NCBI GenBank assembly: GCA_013215875.1
Contig: JABSQK010000002.1
Coordinates: 1 to 59,503, forward strand
Source: Lentisphaeria bacterium
GTDB lineage: Bacteria > Verrucomicrobiota > Lentisphaeria > JABSQK01
Length of the DNA stretch: 59,503 nt
Direction of reading: 5' to 3'
Shown: piece after piece, positions 24,901 through 32,376 of the stretch
Layout: every line of letters starts with the position of its first letter
Position numbering within the stretch: the stretch's first letter is position 1
Notes under the pieces: generated by a model
Databases searched by the model: none
Told to the model about the DNA's origin: nothing
What the model saw: only the letters and a program-made list of their open reading frames with translations
Program-made: the position numbers and the translations under genes

Positions 24901-27304
24901 AATCGCCTGTCACATTGCTTAAATCGAGAATGTTATTAGTGCTCGTATCGCTAATGCTGTCATAGCGGTTGGCTAAAGCTTCATCATAATCTGTGTCGTA
25001 GAATTTAAATGTATCCTTACCCGCACCACCGATCAATGCATCTGGACCAAGGCCACCAACTAGCGTATCATCGCCCTTGCCACCCTCAAGTGTATCAGCA
25101 CCAATCCCACCATAGAGACTGTCACTGCCACCATCGCCTTTAAGTGAATCGTTTAAATCAGATCCAACAATTTCATCGTTGCCATTGCCGCCTTCCACAT
25201 TTATGATTTTATGGAAATAATCGAAAACACCTGGGGAGGTCTCTTCTCTCAAAGCGATTCGATCACCAGATTTACCACCCTTAATGGTTAATTGATTGTC
25301 ACTAAGACTCGTCAGATCATAAAATACGCGCATATCTGAGCCAGCAATAAATTGTACGTATTCATAACCAATACCCGCAAGACCATCAACGTAATCCGCT
25401 TTCACAGGTTGCTTAATTGCAGAGAAATCAATACTCACTGTATTGGTGCCTGCATCCATCAAGAGATCCTGGGCGCTAGCCTTTACAGTAAAACTCACTT
25501 CACTTGATGCATCCGTTGCATTGATCAATGCAACATTTGATATGGAAATATCGCTATCAATTGTCACCCTCTTAAAACCTGAAAGCTCAATGGCTGTTTG
25601 TGAGGTATCGACCTGGAGCTCCTCAGAAGACGTCACCGATTTCATATTATGGAAAGTAACGCCTTCCGCAGTCACAACATTTTTCGCAGCCACATCAGCC
25701 ACATCAACAAGATAAACGCCTCTCATATGCACTTTTGGCTGATAGAGAATTGGTATCGGACTTCCAGCAGTCACCGAGCTAATATTTCCAGAGATGCTCA
25801 CACTGGCAACTTTTACAATAAAATCAGACGCAGCTACATGAGTAAATTCAAACTCTTTTGCATTTGTACTAACGACCTTCGCACCTTCATATATGGTGGG
25901 CACAGACACGGAAATGGATTTATTTACACCTTTGTCGATATCGATTTCAGTGCCGCCAAACGTAAGTATTATGTCGGTCAATGCAGCCATGCCAGATATC
26001 GTCTTCGTCGTGGCACCTTGTGTTACTTTCAGGGTGATATTTGAGCCAGACTTATCGATTTCCAGTTTATCAAAGGAAAAGCTGAACGTAAGATTGGTTG
26101 CTGTTGCTGTATCGTTGGATGTCGTTACATCTGAGAAAGTATCTAAGTTGAGATTCACGGCCAGCGTTGATTCATAGCTCTCCGATTCAATTGTCTGGGC
26201 TTCAATAAGACCCGTACTATATTCCAGGTCCCAGTCTGCACCGAGTACCACGCCACCCGTCAAGTCAGTCGAGGCCGCAACATCCGCACCGGTTAATTCT
26301 GACAAGTCTTGGACAAAGTCAACGCCAGTCGCATCGCCAGCAACATTACAACCATAGAGCAAAAGGTCTGCACCTTCGCCAAGAGCAGTTGCCCAGGCAC
26401 TTAAGTCATACTCGTCCAGGTTCTCAGTATTCAGTTCTGTGTTTCCGAGCACCAACTCACCCTCAGAGCCATGAGATAAAATATGTAAAGAATTTAAGTT
26501 GCTGAAATCATTAAGGATTGTGCTTATCTGTGAAATACCATCTTTGTCCCCATCAAGAACAAAAACCATCGCATTGTTCAAACTTAAGTCATCGAGTATT
26601 GACTGATAATTTGTAATGCCTGCATCAACAATCACCACAGAGCTAACTGACGCACTACTGTCGTAAACATCATAATCCGTCTCGCCCGATAGAATGACTT
26701 CCATGTTTCCTTCGGCACTAAAGCCGGGAACAATGACTGTACCAGTACTGTTTATATCCAGGGCATCGGCAGCGTCTAGAGTGCTGTAGTCGCTGCTCTC
26801 ATCAATAATATCTGTATCAGATTTTTCGTAGTCAAGAACCAATGCACTATCATCAAGCGCAGAATTTGGATCGTTTGGACTGCCGGATAAAAGCACCCGT
26901 TCTTCGAGTTGCTCGAGGCCCTTCCACTCCTTCTCTGCCTTGCGGGCCTTCTGCTTCTTAAGTTTGCTGATCAACTTTTTTAGGGCATTTTTCTTTTTCT
27001 GGTTCTTAGGCGCTTTTGGCGATTTACGCGGACCACGAATGGATGACATGGTTTTTTCATACAGATTTGAAGCCGTTTCCTTGAAATCATCCATTCCGCG
27101 CTGGAAGACTGATCCAGGCTTGTGGTAGGGCTTGAGTTTTGGTAATATTATAAATCCAGCTGGAGCAGCGCCGAGGCGTACAAGCTCCCTGGCAGCTTTG
27201 CGGCGTGTTCGCCGGTTTGTAAGGGAAAAACGCTCAGCAACCAAATTTGCTCGGCCGCTGAAAAGTTCAAGAAATTTTAAAATAACGTCAGTAAAAGTAA
27301 GCAT
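15926..27304 (-). CDS. Giant secreted/surface protein, N-terminal 3,792 aa: basic leader, LExRxLL motif, DUF4347-like domain, RTX Ca-binding repeats, degenerate zincin-like motif
   Basis: GLEQLEERVLLSG; DUF4347-like LHILSHGSEG...DLLLYGCNVA...VAASTDLTG...DWDLE; GGxGxDxLxG nonapeptides (EGGNGNDEIVG, YGGIGADTLEGGKGDDTLVGGLGPDALIGGAGKD); GGAG Shine-Dalgarno upstream of the ATG. Confidence 0.9.
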   Translation of the reverse strand: MLTFTDVILKFLELFSGRANLVAERFSLTNRRTRRKAARELVRLGAAPAGFIILPKLKPYHKPGSVFQRGMDDFKETASNLYEKTMSSIRGPRKSPKAPKNQKKKNALKKLISKLKKQKARKAEKEWKGLEQLEERVLLSGSPNDPNSALDDSALVLDYEKSDTDIIDESSDYSTLDAADALDINSTGTVIVPGFSAEGNMEVILSGETDYDVYDSSASVSSVVIVDAGITNYQSILDDLSLNNAMVFVLDGDKDGISQISTILNDFSNLNSLHILSHGSEGELVLGNTELNTENLDEYDLSAWATALGEGADLLLYGCNVAGDATGVDFVQDLSELTGADVAASTDLTGGVVLGADWDLEYSTGLIEAQTIESESYESTLAVNLNLDTFSDVTTSNDTATATNLTFSFSFDKLEIDKSGSNITLKVTQGATTKTISGMAALTDIILTFGGTEIDIDKGVNKSISVSVPTIYEGAKVVSTNAKEFEFTHVAASDFIVKVASVSISGNISSVTAGSPIPILYQPKVHMRGVYLVDVADVAAKNVVTAEGVTFHNMKSVTSSEELQVDTSQTAIELSGFKRVTIDSDISISNVALINATDASSEVSFTVKASAQDLLMDAGTNTVSIDFSAIKQPVKADYVDGLAGIGYEYVQFIAGSDMRVFYDLTSLSDNQLTIKGGKSGDRIALREETSPGVFDYFHKIINVEGGNGNDEIVGSDLNDSLKGDGGSDSLYGGIGADTLEGGKGDDTLVGGLGPDALIGGAGKDTFKFYDTDYDEALANRYDSISDTSTNNILDLSNVTGDLIFTVGANLQVSRGGTDLFYGSIPSTNLFTTIRTGQDKSTVSFSSLDSFDGKVVEGFTETILDFSTISEDLTFYLQGNGTVKVQHGMLPGFRKILTATDIFGIIGGSGKNTFIIESLEALPGGISVANGAEVIIQYGKKVADKAYSPITVDSAQVQSGLPVNFSNGLISGLSYEDQQAFQLFYADGNQLTDVWADIIFTAEAPLKVTVSDIMSGTLSDKGIHYISGDGENTKLVYYLDDTKVTSFTFNTGISLERDLDSSSNLSNVDSLKIKSPSGNLALIFEPAKTFLPEDIEGSAIEKKYTIDFESFKGTFTIDADYTLTDLRDELDAAVFLTATIINTNQLQITFDLRAMDLKVGASEDAINTYKVDASTDNVILGSKGTADYVDYSDVDGTVTHVISDNYLKSGTGLTYNAGQEPGDANANGTVNGLVTGSFVDVQNVEYINRMILNNDDNTFIFGDNWGIDEKAIEYYTGFSNRKQELYIDSSSLAINNNETSFNVGTNADYESENVFYHTQTYDIDSISLADNSLKISGDLSLFTLHTLNFYNGDERVVDAVYVADFVYDGGSDKTTLTFKENIGGLTFDKVSLIRQFNATYLSASPTQLTIAGASDVMTAAGMSFMINGKAVTVNSVDGDVVTFSAAIDADNLQNVVLTVETDKQVYTDLVDTYSSFVIVGDQSNLIQVGKTFTTVGTYLLKNDFNERSDGAKQLVVKAVNVDGGNTYVWVAETLDTLTKADGAPTTPGALEFEIEFEKSFKFSIDKTTFNAYANFKVLKAGTDVSFNSYELADKVWVIVRLTGDITDYQFSYDAQTTANKFKPFHKAREIKSVMTDSDAIYYQLIAKDNLEGFIENELFNGSSALSLTKMTGTAVNFTLLTADGQTANDVAKIQGAVSYNVGGNLVLDFRNVDRELSFTFIENADGSTRLEIERVARFLPNDLLAYVSIAGINLGELPKQKFAKIVVTNVDQNTTIYGGQESNTFFVKAGAEYAGDIIGGTGIRTDYAHLAWDLIINVVLRQEIPDFRVQNTIDYTDEVHFSLSSILKLPAQVIETYPHILMNNMSSGQFNRFTGEVENIINIIMGSAVNIAQGNGSLVPGISLFKDNPKNEGESNWEYMKRILGEFPIMDFVAGDTFIITPLLPGFSLLAGKSGADTYRFEEPTYNPIGVGVGVVLEMPDLVLGGIAMPEGFDTLDLSGLTSDLYVRVVNFSFIEDFIGLIPGIEDFLEDFANVADISTNVIIASTNDIIFDITDFGIQDMTAFTNFIIATDIENFIGVDEKTTHIRFEGDGGFRGTVKPGVGGNLILDYSMYTGDDGRVDGDENKGVIVNLSASAIDFTTENIWADGPEWLDFNFDFSFGQAAAVTGSRLAGFDEIFTTLLGAPDSGDWADPRNWAVANARGIVGTDAEDQLTGNAFDNLILGMGGADTIDGAGGTDIFSLSGVSAEAVINLTESNAYTLGTASGISSSGVWDTTADVSSNYFNKVATLDFSNLDLLDDDDWTITLDGTPFAITDLVIAETDTVDGLLGEIKAAIEAASLGFTVNVASGVITISHASNFAVVHSVSNVNYTKNAYASGDLTGSDYLRFDIDGVLHTIVNPQDLNILKTNLDAAQLGFQAIINTSGDLVIVHANAVTVALEELDEDGTVTTLANIEGVEGGSGDDLIIGSSNDDIFYFSGEFADIGNDTLADFSDTDKLDFTQLTLNGEAILPGDLTIEKLENQNVVRISLKDSPANYIVIHTDISQEAIEDAINYNTGGSKQALLNDISSWFGGNDGSSPQRVDALGSTPSTLSQGDLDAVVQQAMDDWYLGDLLADLVQFKIADLSSFEIPDGENYLVQDETNGYLLAIDLGTTILIDDDAAGYGWHADPGTAPAAGAMDLISTIKHEIGNILGMADDETPSDNVMTPFLEVATRTTADLSMLDNAFGGSEITDLASGLTTAKTFLNEFDTEINSLLEYELPFTGLTIGGALDIGVDIGSAIADEMDALIAALDGQSNSTDLFGLGQLSFNSLDNLNEFKATLNLVSFSDSFELDASTFNIEALEDAGIDIGSLLSFNDVVNFDMEGAVVLEFVFGLDDSDNFFLENPKLKVDLSFGEQSLDVFAVNHAGHAITLTGDQTDLFAAGKTYTVSGSSENNDGNVTVLKIEFDAGTTTLWTVETLDASSTGTISALELSIVNVDDSTDQITVDGDQTASILSGASSLSISGSTGNDASYDINTVVYDEVLDITIITLLSSPTLDETSDGNIVIGFDISSTLTDGDYADLEGYYIDEYSVGESVYFGGSELNKGVLTIAAISYDQKTNLTRLFFEEALGSSGDEGRLRKTFDMNVSIGFIDADLDNAAVGFHAGLSLGADVSLNTGDLTAGKFSEIFGGVDFDIAGDFDVYLPIEINTPFAGLEIAPIVLEASSPALTSVSSLPAFLGSLASLIPSNLDITELIKFKALSLEDLLNALEWSLDELISTQSAEVPLLGMTYEDLLTFDGHNILIEIRDAIAALRGAIDNIDEFETSINDEIRNVLNTVLGAGTVTEDLLYINYSDSVFEFGIDLEQIFEKTIALDFSLADWVDDIDSPTLTELVDLADSLGIEADLLLGDLDLYAAFDFELGFGVDLTNIAAPTIYMEDTSGISIDISASLSDISAYFEIFGLGMFGDGGEIIIDLNLGLEIADDLEGDGRIDLFAVSGAMGSAADAVEMELFVDGVASIELPLYFPLRSMPVGGTTEDINGDGIAENSLYMNASFSLDDGFDYNYSIPDFSMDFDIVSALIAAMDDPNNVIGALESFFDGVDEVAGGFANIELPLIGGDAFDSLADSLYDLRENVLGRESAGVYLSGGLGYTIQEIALPSLTTTEGSIDRLDKSYMLTADGTADIVLGDGSQDINVNFSEMADDTEKQNAIAAAVKTLTGFQTQVSGTGGAWAITVDASFFDAALNAIREGLYTAFISLNEGGNATLFAFVIPSLDADGFKQYDGTGKLITEILNATDHTADDI

Positions 27305-27805
27305 TTATGTACTCCAATTCAATAAGTGTAAATGTTTTTAAAATAAATTATCCATTTTAATATCCACACCTTTTCCGCATCCGGGGGATCATACTAAGTT
27401 CGCAAACTTATTTTTCAAGCTATATAGTCTTTATAATGTATGGATTTTTTTTAACGTGCAATATTATGTCACACATCTATTGTATTTTTGCAAATAAATA
27501 CTATATGGATTCTTAATAGAGATTTCGTTTTATAGTATTTGTAAATAACTGGGATCCAAAAAAATATATGAATAAGCATGCAATTTTAAAAATCTGCAAT
27601 TAGCTCACCTATCTGTTGGTATCAGAATGGCCTTTAGTAAAAAAAACAATTAAAAATTATTGGCATTAAAATGCATAAATAGAAATTAAATCCTTAAATT
27701 TCTATTTATTCCGCCATTCCAACGGCTCAATTGGCCTGGCTTTTAAGCCGATAATGTAAATTAAAAACAATAAATTGTGATTTTGTCACAAAATGGGAGA
27801 TAAAA

Positions 27806-27834
27806 TTGACAAAGGCATGGAATCGATTTATAAT
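27806..27834 (+). promoter_or_regulatory. Consensus sigma70 promoter for the VWA gene
   Basis: TTGACA (27806-27811), 17-nt spacer, TATAAT (27829-27834), 31 nt before the ATG at 27866. Confidence 0.85.
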
Positions 27835-27865
27835 AAAAGTCTGAATAAGGGAACTCAAAAGAGCG

Positions 27866-30800
27866 ATGAACAAAAAACATCTACGCCTCCATTTGGCAAT
27901 CATAATCTGCACTGTTACTGTGCTCCTGCTCTGCTGGCAATTTGACGTGTTGGATTTCTACAGGCCTGATTGGCTTTTTGCCTTGCTTGTTCTGCCCATT
28001 TTCACCTGGATTGCCCTAAAAGGAATTGCCGGTCTACCCTCAAAAACAAATGCAATATCCACCACGGTACGGCATCTTTTGTTCATCATTATCGTTGTTG
28101 CCCTGGCGGATATTCAATTCGTGCAGAAAAACAATAATATTACGGTTTTTTACCTCATTGATTACTCGGCAAGTATTCCCGAAGCCACTCGGGATAAGGC
28201 GATAGAGTATGTCAATGCATCTTTCGCCAAGAGCGATAAAAAGGAAAATGACATGGCTGGCATTATTCTCTTTGGTGATGATGCCAGTGTCGACATTCTG
28301 CCTGTGCGTGACCTTTTCATTGAAGAATTGCATTCATTTATCAATCCGAACTATACAAATCTCCAAAATGCTGTCGATCTGGCCGCGGCGGCATTTCCCA
28401 GTAAAACTCGCAAGAAAATCATTCTGATTACCGATGGCAATCAGAACAATGGCGATATTCTCGAGGCCACCCGGGCTGCCGCCGCCGAAAACATCGAATT
28501 GGATGTTCTGGCAGTATCCTATGTAATTCAGCAAGAAGTACTTGTGGAGAAAGTGGGTCTTCCTGAAAAGCTGCACCTTAAGGAAGCATTTGATATGTCT
28601 GTGCATATCAATTCCATTCAATCCACCCCCGCAACATTGCTCATTTTTCGAAATGATGTGGAAATCATCAAGCAGGAAATTCGCTTAAAATCGGGTGAAA
28701 ATACCTTCATTCTACCCGTGCGAATCAAAACTCCAGGGTTTTACAAGTATACCGCCCGCATAGTCGCACCAAATGATACAATTGTTGAAAATAATGAAAG
28801 CTCAAATTTTGTCTATATCCAAGGTGAATCCAGAGTCCTTTTTGTTACTGAAGATGGTGATGACCATGATGTTGAGCATCTCGTGGCCATTTGCGGAGCA
28901 GAGGAATTAGAGACTAAGGTCATTGGTCCCGATGAATTTCCCGTCACTCTTGGTGAATTGCAGGCCTATGATCTGCTTGTACTGGCCAATGTTGATGCCT
29001 CTAATTTCAGCAGCAATCAAATGTTAATGGTCAAATCCTATGTCAATCAACTGCGCGGTGGTTTAATCATGCTCGGTGGTGAAAACTCTTTTGGCGCAGG
29101 GGGTTATGAATTAACACCTATCGAAGAAGTACTGCCTGTACGCATGGATATTCGCCAGAAAAAAATTATTCCCAAGGGTGCCCTGGTCATCGTTCTACAT
29201 ACCTGTGAATTTGCCAAGGGAAATTACTGGGGAAAACAAATTACCAAGGCAGCTATCGATACTGTAAATCGCCAGGATGATGTGGGTGTGCTATTCTATG
29301 GTTATCAAGGAGGGGATCAATGGCTCTTTGATCTCACATCGGCTGCAAATAAAGGCAGATTAAAAATTAAGGTCGATAAATGCAACCCTGGCGATATGCC
29401 ATCTTTTGGGCCGAGTTTCCAAATGGCAGTAAAATCGTTTGCCAAATCAGATGCAATGGTTAAGCACATGATTATCATTTCCGATGGCGATCCCGCCCGA
29501 CCAGCTCCTGCCGATGTAAAAAATCTTGCAGCAAATAACATCACTGTTTCAACCATCGGCATAAATCCACACAGTGCCCGTGATGTCGATGTATTGAAAT
29601 ACATCGCCGCTAAGACAAAAGGTCGCTTTTACAATGTAAAAGATCCGAAAACACTCCCGCAAATCTTTGTCAAAGAAGCAAAAGTTGTAAAACGCAGTCT
29701 CATTTTCAATCAGCCATTTCAACCCAAATTGACCATTAATAGTGAACTGACTAAAGGCATCCGTCAATCGGAGATACCACTGCTCCTGGCCTATGTAGCC
29801 ACCACGCCCAAAGACCGGGCACTTGTATCCATCAAATCAGACAACGAAAATGAAGATCCTATCCTGGTACAATGGCGCAGTGGCTTGGGGAAATCCGTCG
29901 CTTTCACCTCCGATGCCAGCAGCAACTGGGCAAAACACTGGATAGGATGGGCAAAATATAAAAAGATCTGGTCACAAATTATTCGCTGGACTGCCCGTAA
30001 ACGCGACAACAGTAATGTAACCATCACCAAGAAAATTATCGGCGATGAAGTTGTGATGACGATTGATGCTATCGATGAAAAGGGTAATTACATTAACTTC
30101 AATAGTATTATTGGCCGGCGGGTAGACACAAAATATAAAGGCCACAACCTGGAAGTAAAACAAACTGCACCTGGACGCTACGAAGCACGTTTCAAAATTA
30201 AAGACATGGGTGTAAATCTGGTAAATGTCGCCTACACAAATCCATTAACAAACAAGGAAGGATTTATACAAAGCGGTGTTTCCATACCCTATTCTTCTGA
30301 ATACAAAAAGCTGACAACAAATCTTCCTCTGCTCAAAAAAGTAGCCTCTATCGGAAGCAGTAAAAAAGTAATATTAAATAGTGATCCGGCACTGGCTAAC
30401 ATCTTTAGCAGTCCCTTCCCGCCGGCAATCACACCCGAACCTATTTGGGAATATTTACTCGCCGTTGCGGTGCTTATTTTTATGATGGATGTCATCGTTA
30501 GACGCGTTATTCTCAGTCGCGAAGATCTTAAAGAGGCATTTGCCGAATTACCCATGTTCCAAAAACGAAGGCGTGAGAGTGCTGAACAGGATGATACAAT
30601 GTCGGCCCTCTTGCGACGCAAAGAAGAAGTATTTAAAGAGTCTGACCAGGACTTCAAAAAATCGCTTACAGATAAAGCCGAAGCAGGTGACTATGAAAAA
30701 GTCGATGCTGTCAGCTCAGATGCGGAAACGAATAAACCAGCCTCTTATGATGACAGCAGCACCCGTGTTGAATCACACTCAAAGGACAGTGACTCTTCCG

Positions 30801-30910
30801 CAACTACCTCTTCCAGCCCTGCTTCTTCAGGAGATGATGAATCCTATACCAGTAGGCTACTGGCCGCAAAACGACGCGCCCGAAAAGACGAAGAAGAATC
30901 TAAAGAATAG
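27866..30910 (+). CDS. Membrane protein with two VWA domains and a class I glutamine amidotransferase-like (DUF1355-type) domain
   Basis: N-terminal TM helices; MIDAS DYSAS...ITDG; YDLLVLANV...GGLIMLGGENSFGAGGY..TPIEEVLPV; second VWA ending IIISDGD; C-terminal TM helix and charged tail YTSRLLAAKRRA. Confidence 0.85.
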   Translation: MNKKHLRLHLAIIICTVTVLLLCWQFDVLDFYRPDWLFALLVLPIFTWIALKGIAGLPSKTNAISTTVRHLLFIIIVVALADIQFVQKNNNITVFYLIDYSASIPEATRDKAIEYVNASFAKSDKKENDMAGIILFGDDASVDILPVRDLFIEELHSFINPNYTNLQNAVDLAAAAFPSKTRKKIILITDGNQNNGDILEATRAAAAENIELDVLAVSYVIQQEVLVEKVGLPEKLHLKEAFDMSVHINSIQSTPATLLIFRNDVEIIKQEIRLKSGENTFILPVRIKTPGFYKYTARIVAPNDTIVENNESSNFVYIQGESRVLFVTEDGDDHDVEHLVAICGAEELETKVIGPDEFPVTLGELQAYDLLVLANVDASNFSSNQMLMVKSYVNQLRGGLIMLGGENSFGAGGYELTPIEEVLPVRMDIRQKKIIPKGALVIVLHTCEFAKGNYWGKQITKAAIDTVNRQDDVGVLFYGYQGGDQWLFDLTSAANKGRLKIKVDKCNPGDMPSFGPSFQMAVKSFAKSDAMVKHMIIISDGDPARPAPADVKNLAANNITVSTIGINPHSARDVDVLKYIAAKTKGRFYNVKDPKTLPQIFVKEAKVVKRSLIFNQPFQPKLTINSELTKGIRQSEIPLLLAYVATTPKDRALVSIKSDNENEDPILVQWRSGLGKSVAFTSDASSNWAKHWIGWAKYKKIWSQIIRWTARKRDNSNVTITKKIIGDEVVMTIDAIDEKGNYINFNSIIGRRVDTKYKGHNLEVKQTAPGRYEARFKIKDMGVNLVNVAYTNPLTNKEGFIQSGVSIPYSSEYKKLTTNLPLLKKVASIGSSKKVILNSDPALANIFSSPFPPAITPEPIWEYLLAVAVLIFMMDVIVRRVILSREDLKEAFAELPMFQKRRRESAEQDDTMSALLRRKEEVFKESDQDFKKSLTDKAEAGDYEKVDAVSSDAETNKPASYDDSSTRVESHSKDSDSSATTSSSPASSGDDESYTSRLLAAKRRARKDEEESKE

Positions 30911-30929
30911 ATAGATCCCTTGTAGATCC

Positions 30930-30957
30930 TTGACAGCAAAATTCTCTATCCTATTGT
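30930..30957 (+). promoter_or_regulatory. Putative sigma70 promoter for the ceramidase-like gene
   Basis: TTGACA-N16-TATTGT in the 87-bp intergenic gap. Confidence 0.45.
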
Positions 30958-30997
30958 AGGCTCATCGTATGACAAATATTTATTAAGGTATCAAACT

Positions 30998-32362
30998 ATG
31001 ATTGAACAGGCACAGTCCTTTGACTTCGCAGGATCGATTGGCATCGCTGAAATCGACATTACCCCGCCCATCGGTATTTATAACCGCTGCTGGGGCGCAG
31101 CAACCACGTACACCGCGCAATGGATTCACATGCCGTTTTATGCCACAGTCATGGTTGTAGGCGAAACAAATCCACTCGTCATTATTGGGATGGATTCCGT
31201 TGGTGAATTTGGCACAAGAGCGAAAGAAAGTTTCTTCCAACGTATTTCCGCCACGTTAGAAATTGATGAATCACAGATACTCATTTGTGCATCGCATACC
31301 CATTCAAGCCCAATGTTGGTCGATGTGGATCCTGAATTGCCCGGAGCAGATCTGCATGCAGATTATCTTATCGAGCTATATGACAAGTTATATCTGCTGA
31401 CAATTGAAGCTGCTTCGAAGCGCCAAAAGACGTTAATACAAAGTAATTATGGAAAATGCGATCTAGCCCGAAATCGCGATTTGCTTCATGAAGGAAGCTA
31501 TGTTACAGGTTATAATCCAAGTGGCGAAGACGATGATACTTTGTTCACTGCTCGTCTGACAAACGAAGCGCAGGAAACCATCGCCGTTATTGTGAATTAT
31601 GCCTGCCATCCCACTACCCTTGCCTGGGATAATGACCAACTATCACCCGATTATATTGGTAGCCTGCGCGAAACTATTCGCAAGGAACTCAATGTCCCGA
31701 TGATCTTCATTCAAGGGTGCAGCGGCAATTTGGGTCCTGCTATTGGCTTTACCGGTGACCTGTCAATTCCAGAACGGCATGGCCGGCAACTCGGATTTGC
31801 CTCACTCTCATCACTTGAAAATATGAGCTTACCTGGAACAACCCTTGTATTAGACGAAATCAAAAAATCTGGCGCCGACCTGGCTGTCTGGAAAGAACAG
31901 CCATCAACTGCAAATGAAACTGTGCAATTCCACGCAGGTACAATACGCTGGCCGATACGTGCGGATTTGTTAAAGTCGGTTGCTATCAATAAGCTCTTGG
32001 CAGAAAATCCGGATAATGCCGATAAAGAACGGCTCAATCGTAAACTCCGCATCCGGGAAAGCATCGGCGAGGGTGATGATATGACCTTATATTATTGGGT
32101 GGCTCGCATGGGCAATATTCTCATCATTGCAAACGGAGGAGAAGCCTATTCAAAATTGCAGGTGAGCCTGCGAGCCCGGTACCCTGAGTACACAGTCATT
32201 TGTGCTAATTGTTGCAGAACCTCTTACGGCTATGTCGTTCCTGAAGAGGATTATGAAAAGCCCAATCTATATCCGGCCTGGCAAACACCATTGGCCGTTG
32301 GTATTTTCGAAGAATTATATGACCGCTGTGTGCAAAAAATCGACTCATTTATAAAAGAATAG
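30998..32362 (+). CDS. Neutral/alkaline ceramidase-like N-terminal domain hydrolase
   Basis: Family motifs DITPP, ASHTHSSP, NYACHPT, FIQGCSGN. Confidence 0.75.
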   Translation: MIEQAQSFDFAGSIGIAEIDITPPIGIYNRCWGAATTYTAQWIHMPFYATVMVVGETNPLVIIGMDSVGEFGTRAKESFFQRISATLEIDESQILICASHTHSSPMLVDVDPELPGADLHADYLIELYDKLYLLTIEAASKRQKTLIQSNYGKCDLARNRDLLHEGSYVTGYNPSGEDDDTLFTARLTNEAQETIAVIVNYACHPTTLAWDNDQLSPDYIGSLRETIRKELNVPMIFIQGCSGNLGPAIGFTGDLSIPERHGRQLGFASLSSLENMSLPGTTLVLDEIKKSGADLAVWKEQPSTANETVQFHAGTIRWPIRADLLKSVAINKLLAENPDNADKERLNRKLRIRESIGEGDDMTLYYWVARMGNILIIANGGEAYSKLQVSLRARYPEYTVICANCCRTSYGYVVPEEDYEKPNLYPAWQTPLAVGIFEELYDRCVQKIDSFIKE

Positions 32363-32376
32363 CTCATACAATTTTC

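Noticed and set aside
383-27341. Dozens of short plus-strand and off-frame ORFs over the giant gene
   Set aside because: Antisense or alternate-frame shadows of the long minus-strand frame, with Ser/Ile-rich composition and no motifs.
27395-27410. Inverted repeat taagtt-cgca-aactta upstream of the giant gene (riboswitch or terminator?)
   Set aside because: Only a 6-bp AT-rich stem and no recognisable riboswitch consensus.
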